This document shows, piece after piece, positions 52,051-63,460 of a stretch of 64,000 bases of DNA. Source of the DNA: Octopus bimaculoides. Lineage: Eukaryota. The translations under genes and the position numbers were made by a program. The first letter of the stretch is position 1, and the number at the start of each line of letters is the position of its first letter. The notes under the pieces were generated by a model. It saw nothing but the letters and a program-made list of their open reading frames with translations. It ran no database searches and was not told the origin of the DNA. Where the stretch lies: the NCBI RefSeq assembly GCF_001194135.2, contig NC_068981.1, positions 164,804,235 through 164,868,234 of the forward strand. Direction: 5' to 3'.

Positions 52051-52786
52051 TAGCAGACGTAATTTGGAAGGAAGTGTCTGGATCGTGTCTGGTCGATTCT
52101 AGTCTGGTCTGGTCTAGACTGGTAACAAATGTGTACCGAGAGCAATTAGTGTGGCTAAGTGTAAGAATTATGTAATATATATTCCATTGGAGGCTGTAAA
52201 CTAAATAAATGGTATAGGTCAATAAAGAGATTAGGCATACGGGTGAGTAGATGGCACAGGTGAAAGAAAAGGCTAGAAAAGGGGTGGAGAAAATAATTAA
52301 AAGTTATGAGATTATATATTGGATATAGCTAATTATAAGGTCAAGAAAATAGCGATACCTTAGCGTAGTTCAAGGTATTTTGTAAAAGAGCTGACTTTAA
52401 CAATGTGCCATATCGAATTTATGTCATTATTTAACATAATTTCCATACGATACATAAACCTTGATGATGTCTATCCATTTACAAACTACACTGAACTGCG
52501 CTAAGTTATTGCTTTTTTTTTTCTCGTCCTTATAGTGGCCTATATCCAATAAATATTGTCATTAAATTTTTTATTTATTTTCTCCGTTCCTTCAGTAAAT
52601 TTTTCTTTTACGACTACTTACCTGTATGCTTAATCTGTTTCTTGATCTTTACCCATTTATTTAGTGAACTATCACAAATGATATGAAATAGAAGTTTTTT
52701 TTTAACAAATTATGAAACCTGTCACACACACCACATTCTTTTGATGACAATTTCTTCTTGTAAAAAAAAATAAATTAGTAAACAAA

Positions 52787-53110
52787 GGATGGCCAGGCAC
52801 ACACGAATATGCCGGCTGGTGGCGAGAGAGGCAGAGCGTTACGGTTGGGTGACCGGCTGGGAGCCGGTTTACCGCGTATCAGGATCCAGGTTAATACCCG
52901 ACCTGGTGTTTCGCAATTCTGACGAGGTGGTGATAATAGACGTCACGGTTCGATATGAGCAGGGTACGGCTCTGCACGATGCAGCCCGGGAGAATGAGAG
53001 GAAATACCGACTGCTGATCTCTCTCCTCGGGAGGGAGCTAGGCGTGCCGGTACGGGTGTTTGGTTGCCCAGTCGGGGCCTGCGGCGCGTGGAGCCGCGAG
53101 GCCGAGAGGT
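52787..53110 (+). mobile_element. R2/NeSL-like restriction-like endonuclease fragment
   Basis: RHTRIC...GW..GWEP.....G.RLIPDLVF....V.IIDVTVRYE...RKY...VFGCPVGACGAW; RH, EP, PD..D, KY and PVGARG.W-like motifs; about 60% GC by eye versus AT-rich flanks. Confidence 0.85.
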
Positions 53111-53446
53111 GTTATACAAAACTTAAAGTACTAGTCAACTTGTTATTCACAGTATATTTAATTGCTGCCAGTGAAAATGCAACACGTAAAAGATAACACC
53201 ATGTACTAATGATAGAACAGAGTACAAAACACTTAATATGCACCTTTTCAAAGCTATCAACTTAAATTCATACAATCCCTCTTAAGCCAATAAGATTCTA
53301 CCAAAGAAAAAGAAAAACTTATTACAATAATTGAAATGAAAAGGATATTAGACTCGTGCTTAATAAACACAATCCAATAGAAGCAATAAATAATTGCTAA
53401 CTAAACTTCTGTGTTAATGGCTACAAAGATATATATATATATATAT

Positions 53447-53655
53447 GGGAGAATGTACGAAAAAAGACAACAACAAACGAGGACAGGAGGTGTAAACAAA
53501 AAAAGGATGTATTAGTTTGACGCTCTGGAATACAGAAAGTCTTTAACGTTTCGAGCTACGCTCTTCAACAGAAAGAATACGGAGAAAACAAGGAGAAAAC
53601 ACGGAGGAAAAAAAAATTGAATGGTTTGGTCAGCGATCAATCATGGCGACATATA
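53447..53655 (-). mobile_element. about 210 bp element between two TA runs, carrying a minimal hammerhead
   Basis: (TA)n on both sides; hammerhead motif at 53540-53576. Confidence 0.65.
53540..53576 (-). ncRNA. minimal type I hammerhead (A6U variant)
   Basis: UCUUU-CUGUUGAA-GAGC gua GCUC-GAAA-CG-UU-AAAGA; all three helices pair, palindromic stem III ACGU. Confidence 0.7.
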
Positions 53656-54911
53656 TATAAAGGACATCGCACAATTCTTACTAAGCAGCAAGTGAATTAA
53701 AGTACAATCAATATAAATCATGATGAACCATATTTACACCAACTTCCTAACATAGGATTTGCATTTACTAATCGTACTTAATCTATCTAGAAACCTACTT
53801 AGATAAAGATAAAAAATTGCTTCCGTAAAAGATATAAAATACCTACCTTAACAGAAATTAAGTTTAGACAATCATTCAATTAGTGCTTGAAACAGAAATT
53901 AAATAACAACAATATCGTATACTAAGCTTTTGTCTCAATGACGACTAAAACGGAGTCAGTTAAACAAAACGATAAAGCCATTACATTTATGTTTACTGAA
54001 AAAAAAAACAAATAAAGTTCAAATAACGTAAAGAAAAATCACGAACGTTAGTTATACCAAATAGCTAACAAACGGTTTACATGAAATTGCCAGGCCCTCT
54101 CAAAAATTGCCCATTTATCTCAGCAGCCCTAATAAAAAATCTGAAAACTAGCTTCATCGCCAATATAGGTGGTGATAAATACAAGGGGAGATAAACATCA
54201 CCGAAACCGCCAAGTGTCTTTCGCTGTCAACACAGCAGGGTGGAATATAAAACTCATTAATGGCTAAAAATAGTCGAAAAGAAGTTTAATATTCAGTTGG
54301 AGATTTAAAATAACTTGGATTCATTTTAAAAATAAATCATTTATTATGGCAACGATGACAATTTTAATTTATTAATTAATAATTTATATCAATAACCCTG
54401 ACTAACCATATACTTCATCAATTGTACCGCTTTATAAATTAATGAACAAGGTATATGATATTGCTGTATCTAGAAATATGACTGGAAACCAACATACACA
54501 CCATTCTAACTAGGATTTAAATTAACGGTCTTTTTATAAACTTTGTTTACAATTCTGTTATTACAACAGATCATCATTGTGTGTAAATAGTTAACTGCAT
54601 CCACAACAACATTTCTGCTTACCTCTACATATTTGGATAAACTCTACAATTGACAGTTTAAAAAGCTGTAATTGGGAACAAAAATATCAACCAAATAAGT
54701 GCAGCAACCCTCAAGCTGTTTAGCCAAAACCTAGATCTTTCACTACACTAAAAGTCGAAGTTACAATAACATAAATACAGGCCAGGGATTAATATTGCCG
54801 CCTTAGAAATTCCTTCAATCTGCTTAACTATCGTATGCGCAAAAGCGACATATGTGTTTCGTTTTTAGATTTGGTTTGCAAGATTTTTTTATGTGCTTTC
54901 GTGTGTTGAAG

Positions 54912-55190
54912 CATATTCTGTTGTGTCTGGGGAGAGTAATTTTCTTATTGTGCCTTAAAATTTAACACACTCACCGGTAAAATTTCCACTTATTTCTTAT
55001 TTTTATTTTCCTAAAATTTTCGTTGCGTCTTGCAACCTTTTCAAGAGTCAAGACTATTGAAAAGGCTGCAAGTCGCAACGAAAATTTTAGGAAAATAAAA
55101 ATAAAAAATAAGTGGAAATTTTACCGGTGAGTGTGCTAAATTTTAAGGCACAATAAGAAAATGACTCTCCCCAAACACAACAAACATATG
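54912..55190. repeat. about 280 bp palindrome (arms about 138 bp, 2-nt loop), each arm starting with a hammerhead-like motif
   Basis: 54912-55049 and 55052-55190 are reverse complements with about 9 differences. Confidence 0.93.
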
Positions 55191-55539
55191 TGTTATTAAA
55201 AGTAAACCTAATTATATCTTTTAATTCTATGTTAGTCCAACAAATACACATGTTATATCTTGTTCTCGATTTAAAAAAAAATTAGCACACTTCGTTTAGG
55301 AGTACTTAAAATTGCTAAAGAGTAGAAAGCACGTTCTCATGCATAGTAGGAGTCAAAGAACACTTTTAAGGTTTATTTTTCCAAACATTCCATGCTAGAT
55401 GTATTGTTCCAAAATAAACTTACACTTAAATTCATGTAATAACTGCATTATGCTTTGTGAAAGCTGACTTAACGACAATTAGATCATGCTTCATTAACTA
55501 AAGAAGAAAAAAAAGAAACAATACTTGCTTAATAGTTCT

Positions 55540-55702
55540 TTTTCTAATCCCAGCAATAAATCTGTTTCCTGAAGACAAACTATGTAATTTTGGAAACCAG
55601 AACAATTTAAGACTGCTTCCGTTCTCTTCCTCAACTTTAAAGATCACCGTTTGTTCTTCACTTGTATATTAATTCATTAATATCCACTGACATCACTATA
55701 TA

Positions 55703-55765
<63 letters not shown>

Positions 55766-56500
55766 NNNNNNNNNNNNNNNNNNNNGTGTGTGTATGTGTG
55801 TGTGTGTGTGTGTGCGTGCGTGCGTGTGGGTGTGTGTGTGTGTGTGAGTGAGTGAGTGTTATTACTCTTGCAGCTATAGTTATTATCAAACCCTGACTCG
55901 AAAGCTAATGCTATAACAGTATATTTTACTGATGGCCACAAAATTTCATGCATCTTTATCTGCTGGCAACGCAATGTATCTGCTATGTAATTCATCAGTA
56001 TATTGTCTAACTCCAAGTTTTCTGAGAATCGAATCAGTCCCCTACTTCAAAGTGATATTTCTGATTCTAAAATTAAGCTCATCACTGCTCAAAATCTTTT
56101 ATCTTCACTTAGTATTTTAATATCTAATTTTTCTATCAAACAATCTATTGATCTCAAAATTACTTCTAATTCATATCACTAACTAACCTTACTGGATACC
56201 CTATACTCAGTACACTATAGCTTTAGGGAATGAAGGGTCACCATTTAGAATAACACCTGAATCACTTCTATAACGATGTTCTACTTTTTATTGGATACAT
56301 AATCTGACATTTCACAATAGAGAAATTTCCTTAATATTTTCGGCGTTTACTTTAGACAAGTATTTACTCAAATAATCTATCGTCTAAAGTAGGACAAAAT
56401 GTATAAGATAATTGTAATGGATTGTCTTTGATAACACCCTTAGAAAAAACTTCCATTGTCCAAAGCTTATCCTGGCACTCTTAATATTCTCTAATGGGTT
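55540..56500 (-). mobile_element. possible very old L1-like LINE RT remnant
   Basis: Weak, stop-interrupted motifs in plausible order (SGVILNG, GIQ*G, LDIKILSEDK, FWFPKL). Confidence 0.3.
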
Positions 56501-56578
56501 AATTCTAAAATGAGAATTAAGGGTGAGTTTTCAGCTGTTAAAGTATATCTTTTGAAGACACACACACACACACACATG

Positions 56579-56609
<31 letters not shown>

Positions 56610-57143
56610 NNNNNNNNNNNNNNNNNNNNNNNNNNNNNNNNNNNNNNNNNNNNNNNNNNNNNNNNNNNNNNNNNNNNNNNNNNNNNNNNNNNNNNNNNNN
56701 NNNNNNNNNNNNNNNNNNNNNNNNNNNNNNNNNNNNNNNNNNNNNNNNNNNNNNNNNNNNNNNNNNNNNNNNNNNNNNNNNNNNNNNNNNNNNNNNNNNN
56801 NNNNNNNNNNNNNNNNNNNNNNNNNNNNNNNNNNNNNNNNNNNNNNNNNNNNNNNNNNNNNNNNNNNNNNNNNNNNNNNNNNNNNNNNNNNNNNNNNNNN
56901 NNNNNNNNNNNNNNNNNNNNNNNNNNNNNNNNNNNNNNNNNNNNNNNNNNNNNNNNNNNNNNNNNNNNNNNNNNNNNNNNNNNNNNNNNNNNNNNNNNNN
57001 NNNNNNNNNNNNNNNNNNNNNNNNNNNNNNNNNNNNNNNNNNNNNNNNNNNNNNNNNNNNNNNNNNNNNNNNNNNNNNNNNNNNNNNNNNNNNNNNNNNN
57101 NNNNNNNNNNNNNNNNNNNNNNNNNNNNNNNNNNNNNNNNNNN

Positions 57144-57177
<34 letters not shown>

Positions 57178-57754
57178 CACACGCACACATACACACGCAC
57201 ATACATACAGGGTAAGTGAAATCCGAAAACGCAGAGTAGAGAAAGTAGTCGAAACAAATGGCGAGGAAAAGAGAAACTGAAAGACATAGATAAGCAGAAA
57301 TTTAGATATTCAAGAAAGAAATGTTTCAAATCATTAGGATTATTTATATAATCTCCAAACTAATTAACTAAACGTTTAAGTAAACCACAACATCGAATAA
57401 TAACAGAGGATGAGAAGAAAAAAAACGATACCGTAAATCTGTAAGAAATGACGATAAATACCTGAAATAGAGGAAAATGTAATAAGCTGATTCTATAGGG
57501 ATTCGGTATTAACAAAATAAATTGTTTTACAACAAAAGTCTTAAGCCGCTCAACAGGTGTGTTATTGGGGACGTGGGGAGGAGGCAGTATTAAATAAAAC
57601 TATGATATCTATTTAACAAAACCAGAATTCCAAATGCTGTAGATTATGTTATACTAATACTTCCCTTTGGAACTTCGTACGTTTAAAGTTAATGTATATT
57701 TACGCATATGTAGCAAAAAATGTGAATACCCTTACACATACATACAAACATATA

Positions 57755-58950
57755 TATTAGGTGAGAAAAAAAGACCTGTTGCATTTTTAACTCGATCGCT
57801 TTGAGAGTACGTTTTCAATATTTACAGTAACATAAGCATTTCTTTTTATATTCTGTTTTGTTTTGTTTTCATTCTGTGCACATTAATTTATAGCATAGTG
57901 GTTAAAGCCTTTTAAAATAAGTTTAGATCAGACCCATATTTAGACACTGCATATTGTAATAAATTCAAAAGGGGCAACAGAAGCCACAAGATATATTCGT
58001 TCTCTATGGAAAAGAAGATTTAATTGTCTAGACATACCATCGATGTTTTGACTAGTTTACTTCGAGAAATTTTTCTCTCGAAAAATCTCTTTTGTAACGT
58101 TCTGCCAAAAGAAAGCTTCTAAATATCGTACTTGAAAAACAAAGAAAACAGTACGATTCAAATCACTCTTCGACCATAAAACACATGAATCATGAAAAGT
58201 GTTTAAACTTCGTTAGTGAGTCTATCCTCATTTCATGGCTTCTCAGATCAGTTAAAGAATTGGTGCGTCTTCTCGCCATTGAAGAGTTGCTGCCATTCCT
58301 GGGTAGAATAATCGCAAGTTTTGAAAAGTGGGTTTCCAATAATCATATCCATCGAAAACGACAGAGGTTATCACCCAATGAAAAGAGAAGTCTCTTTGAA
58401 AACCAGGACTTTACTAGAAATAATTATGCTGTGATTTTTGGAGGAATATGAACGGTGTCGCCTCTCATAAAATGTTAAATCAAAATTAAGCGGTGAATGC
58501 GCAAAAGTACTGTTGTCAAATGGAAGTAATGCCCAAATGTTCACAGAAAAAAAGCACTCATTCTTTAATCGTAAAAGAGTGTAGCTTTTATAGGATAATG
58601 CAAAGGAGTATATTGCCCAAGTAACTCAGTAAGATATTATGGCACTAAATATAAAAGTTTTGCCAAATCCTCTTTACTCTCTTGACCCTGTTCCATCTAA
58701 CTATTATCTTTTCGGATCATTACAAAATTTTTTAGAAGGGTAAACAGCTTGTTAATTGTGAAGAGGTTAAATGTAATAATGATTTTTCTTTCTTTCACGC
58801 CCGAGGAATCAACAATTTAGCAAATAGATAGGATTATGTTATCAATAAAGAAGATAAATACTATCTTGATTAAATTTATCAATAAGACTAAAGAAGCATT
58901 TGATTCCTTCTTATTTGTAAGTGTTACAAGACTTTCTTTCCAAAATAATA
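57755..58950 (+). mobile_element. decayed full-length-sized mariner (DD34D type)
   Basis: RIIASFEKWV..N..RKRQ, DNAK, VLPNPLYSLDPVPSNYYLFGSLQNFLEG (decayed HPPYSPDLAPSDYHLF); weak TIR similarity TATTAGGTGAGAAAAAAAG versus end at 58950. Confidence 0.75.
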
Positions 58951-59189
58951 CATATTTATCACGGTGGTGCACCACATGACCGCAGTCACTTGGCTGAAAC
59001 ATATAAATAAATAAAATATAAACACATACAAATATACGCACGTGACAATGCACACAACACACACACACACACACACACACACGTATACAGCTGTGTATGT
59101 GTGTGTGTGTGTGTGCTTGTGAATGTACGTATGCATATGTATATATCTAGATACACTCGCATATATATACATATATACATACGATCAGC

Positions 59190-59445
59190 ATTTTTAGCAA
59201 TCGTCCTACTAATATAACAAAAAAATCTGGTTAAAAACTTATCGGTTACACTCTCTAAATTATCCGCCAATGTTAACGTTTTCAATAATAACGCTGATTA
59301 TTGTGTCCTTATATAAGGCAGGATATCAGGAGCAAATTAAATATTATCACACTTTTGATCCTGATTTAACCCCTAATAATCTGGTTGATAGTAGTAATAC
59401 TACTAATAATAATAATGATAAAATAATAATAAAATAATAATAATG

Positions 59446-59508
<63 letters not shown>

Positions 59509-60420
59509 TTACTTCCGTAGGTAATAATCCAAATAATAATTCCTTATATCGAAGTAGATAAACACATTAGCTTGGTAAATCTAAAAATAAACAGTCTAAG
59601 GGAGGTAACTATACTTCGCCACTCCTTTTCTGTAAAAATAAAAAGAAACTTCGGGTGTTTTAATGAGAAATCTCCCTATAAATCGCATGGCCCTAGTAAA
59701 ACTATTTGGTTTGTTATTTCATATGGCAAATAAATTAAAAGTAACTTTCCTTACCTTTTTTGTGAAGTCATCGAAAGGAACTTCCCCAAAGATTCGAGGT
59801 ACCACTCTATTCTCAACTCACATCGTATCCGAATTGGTTTCTCCAACACTAAAAACCTCCTACAGACTATATCCTCGCATAGCAACTATATTCTTAAGGG
59901 TAAAAGGGTTTCGCTTAATAACTGTAATAAAAATAATATTAATGATGATAATCACTTCTTAAATAATAGTATCAATTGTAATATTACTTGTAATTGTGGT
60001 CCGAATAAAACTTGCGTCCTCAACGGAAATTTCAGAATTAAAAGCGTTGTTTATGAATATAAATTTTCTTCAGGATCTAAAGAATATTTTTATATTGGCA
60101 TTTCATCCACAGAATTAAAAACACGTTTAGCCAATCATCTTTCTACATTTAAATATATTCATAAACGTAATACTACAGGTCTTAGTAAACTGATTTGGCA
60201 TCTCAGAAACTGTAATAAACAATTTTCTTTGGACTGGAAAATTTTGCCAATGTCGTTTCCCTATGATAAAGATAAATCTTCCTGCTCTCTTTGTACGGAC
60301 GAACACATATTTATCCGTTTTTCCAAGCACACACTTGTCAATACTCATAAGGAACTTGTCAATACCCATAAGGAACGTGTCATTAGAAAAACAAACATAC
60401 TTTCAACTATTTCAAATAAT
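59190..60420 (+). mobile_element. Penelope-like element ORF fragment: RT thumb, (AAT)n-expanded linker, GIY-YIG endonuclease
   Basis: SNRPTNITKNL...LSANVNVFNNN; CNCGPNKTCVLNG...SVVYEY...YFYIGISSTELKTRLANHLSTF...TGLSKLIWHL...WKIL...CSLCTDEH; frameshifted. Confidence 0.9.
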
Positions 60421-60726
60421 ATTTACCCCCAATACCGAATAATGTCTGCAACTTACACTTTATTCTTTTCATCCTATACATCCCATTCTTTCCTTCATCT
60501 TTTCTATCCGCCTGTCATTCACCTTCTACTTGTTTATACCACAATTACTCTCTTAAATCTCTTTCTCTCTTCCTTCTCTTCTTCTCTCGTTCTATGACGT
60601 CATAATTCTTAACGGTATTTTAAAAATTACTAGCGTTCCTTATCCACTTTTGTTTTCCATATATATTATATATTATAATTTCTTACATCTCTAAATATGG
60701 CTTATTGATGAGCACTGTTGTTTATA

Positions 60727-60817
60727 ATCTCCTCCTTGATGAGATTGATGCATTTTCCTACATTATTTTACCTCTCGGATTGATTTTAATGTATCAATCG
60801 AAACATATGTTGGTGAT
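60727..60817 (+). ncRNA. hammerhead motif in the Penelope 3' terminal repeat (C3U)
   Basis: UUGAUGA-GAUUGAUGCAUU...AAUGUAUCAAUC-GAAA-CAUAUG-UU-GGUGAU; 12-bp stem II, palindromic stem III, same strand and downstream of the Penelope ORF. Confidence 0.75.
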
Positions 60818-62355
60818 GTGCTGATATAAATGATTTAAATAACATCTTGAGCGTTTGTCTCCATTTTCCATTACTCTTATGTTCTCCAAAATACGTCGCA
60901 CTTCTCTTCGGTATTATCACCCATGCAAGTGTGATTACTAATTTCTTAGGCGCTCATGTGACATTTAGCTATACTGCAACTGTTCCTCTGGATCTTTCCT
61001 TGTAAATTAACACACACACATATATAATGTATGTATTCATAAAATATACAGATACATACAAAAAGGCACCTCACTTATGATCCCAGATCCACAAACAAAT
61101 GCACGCGTTCATAAACATATATTCCTACCAAATATATATAGTTGCCTGAGGTGGGTGTTCATAAATCATTGAAAAGAGCGCACTTTATGTAATTAATAGA
61201 ATGGGTATAGTTTGAAGCAAAATTATAAATTTAGAACCTTGTTTTCTCTGGCCAACATTCTCGTACGGTTTTATGATAGACCAGACGTTTTTTCGGCCGA
61301 AAATAGCACCAAACAATCGTCAGTTATCACTGAGCAGTCGGGTAGATAAAGGATAAAAAAAACCGTTCGCTTCACGATAGCCGGAACGAAACCTGTGGTA
61401 ATATCAGTTAAATATTAAAAGTATTTGGACGAAGGTTTCAGAAGTTTTATCATTTGGTGTGGTTTGAAACGCTATAGAGTGAAGTGACATATCAAAGTGA
61501 ATTAGTGTGGGCGAAAGGCAAAGAACGTCGGTNNNNNNNNNNNNNNNNNNNNNNNNNNNNNNNNNNNNNNNNNNNNNNNNNNNNNNNNNNNNNNNNNNNN
61601 NNNNNNNNNNNNNNNNNNNNNNNNNNNNNNNNNNNNNNNNNNNNNNNNNNNNNNNNNNNNNNNNNNNNNNNNNNNNNNNNNNNNNNNNNNNNNNNNNNNN
61701 NNNNNNNNNNNNNNNNNNNNNNNNNNNNNNNNNNNNNNNNNNNNNNNNNNNNNNNNNNNNNNNNNNNNNNNNNNNNNNNNNNNNNNNNNNNNNNNNNNNN
61801 NNNNNNNNNNNNNNNNNNNNNNNNNNNNNNNNNNNNNNNNNNNNNNNNNNNNNNNNNNNNNNNNNNNNNNNNNNNNNNNNNNNNNNNNNNNNNNNNNNNN
61901 NNNNNNNNNNNNNNNNNNNNNNNNNNNNNNNNNNNNNNNNNNNNNNNNNNNNNNNNNNNNNNNNNNNNNNNNNNNNNNNNNNNNNNNNNNNNNNNNNNNN
62001 NNNNNNNNNNNNNNNNNNNNNNNNNNNNNNNNNNNNNNNNNNNNNNNNNNNNNNNNNNNNNNNNNNNNNNNNNNNNNNNNNNNNNNNNNNNNNNNNNNNN
62101 NNNNNNNNNNNNNNNNNNNNNNNNNNNNNNNNNNNNNNNNNNNNNNNNNNNNNNNNNNNNNNNNNNNNNNNNNNNNNNNNNNNNNNNNNNNNNNNNNNNN
62201 NNNNNNNNNNNNNNNNNNNNNNNNNNNNNNNNNNNNNNAAACTAGCTTGAAATGAATAAATTAAGAAGAGAATTTGAAAAAGAAAAAGAAACACTGTAAG
62301 CTATGCTGAAGTTGCAAACGATGACACAAATAGCGAAAAGATGCATAAGATGAAA

Positions 62356-62395
<40 letters not shown>

Positions 62396-62838
62396 CGACT
62401 ACGATGGCGATGATGATGATGAAAGAAAAAAGAGCACAAGGGAAAGAATGAATCTAAAATAATAAATTGTAAAAAAATGAGAGAGTGAAAGAAATTTACA
62501 TTATTTGAATAGAAAAACAGAAAACACAAACTGCAAAGTAGCTGGAACATTTAGCTTAAGAAATACAAACTAGATGCTCAATCGTCACGACAGCATAAGC
62601 ACACTGTTTTGTGTTTTTCGAAAAACACGTCCTTATCAAGAAGTAAAGAAATCGAGAGAGAGAGAGAGAGAGAACGATGGAGAGAGAGGGAGAGGGAGAG
62701 AATGAGAGAGAGAGAGAGAGAGAGAGACATACACGCGCACACACAAAGAAAGTGAGATAAAGAATAATCTTGTTAGTCACACACACATATATATATACTT
62801 ATACATATACACATTCATACGCAATTACACATGCACGT

Positions 62839-62909
<71 letters not shown>

Positions 62910-63396
62910 CACACATATATACATACGTGTATATATGTATGTGTGTGTGTATTATGCATGAATGTATGTGCAAAATAAACGACAACAGCAATGATATTTG
63001 CAAATAATGGGAAAAGTAGTTTTGTTTTTATATCTTCATATGTTATTCTTGTTATTTTTTATTTTGTTAATGCTACTGTTACTGAGTGTTGTTGTTGCTG
63101 TTATTGTTGTTGTTGTTGTTGTTACTTTGACAAAATAAAATATAGACAATAACTATGAAAATGATAAAAATAAAACCTAATTCAATGAAAAACAATACTG
63201 AGGAACGTTTATGAAATAAATATTGTTTAAAAAATTTTAAATATAATAAAAAAAATAAACAAATATTTCATAGGAACAATACCTCATCTCTCCCACCCAC
63301 CCCTAAAAAAGAAGACGCAAAATTTCAAAATTGAAACAAATGGGAAAAAGAGAATACTACTACTACTATTACTATTAACACTATTACTATTAACAC

Positions 63397-63460
<64 letters not shown>

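Noticed and set aside
54080-54665. Minus-strand mini-exon candidates (LFKLSIVEFIQICR; FIRAAEINGQFLRGPGNF)
   Set aside because: Phases are incompatible (splicing gives an early stop), the protein is unrecognised, and such short frames are expected by chance.
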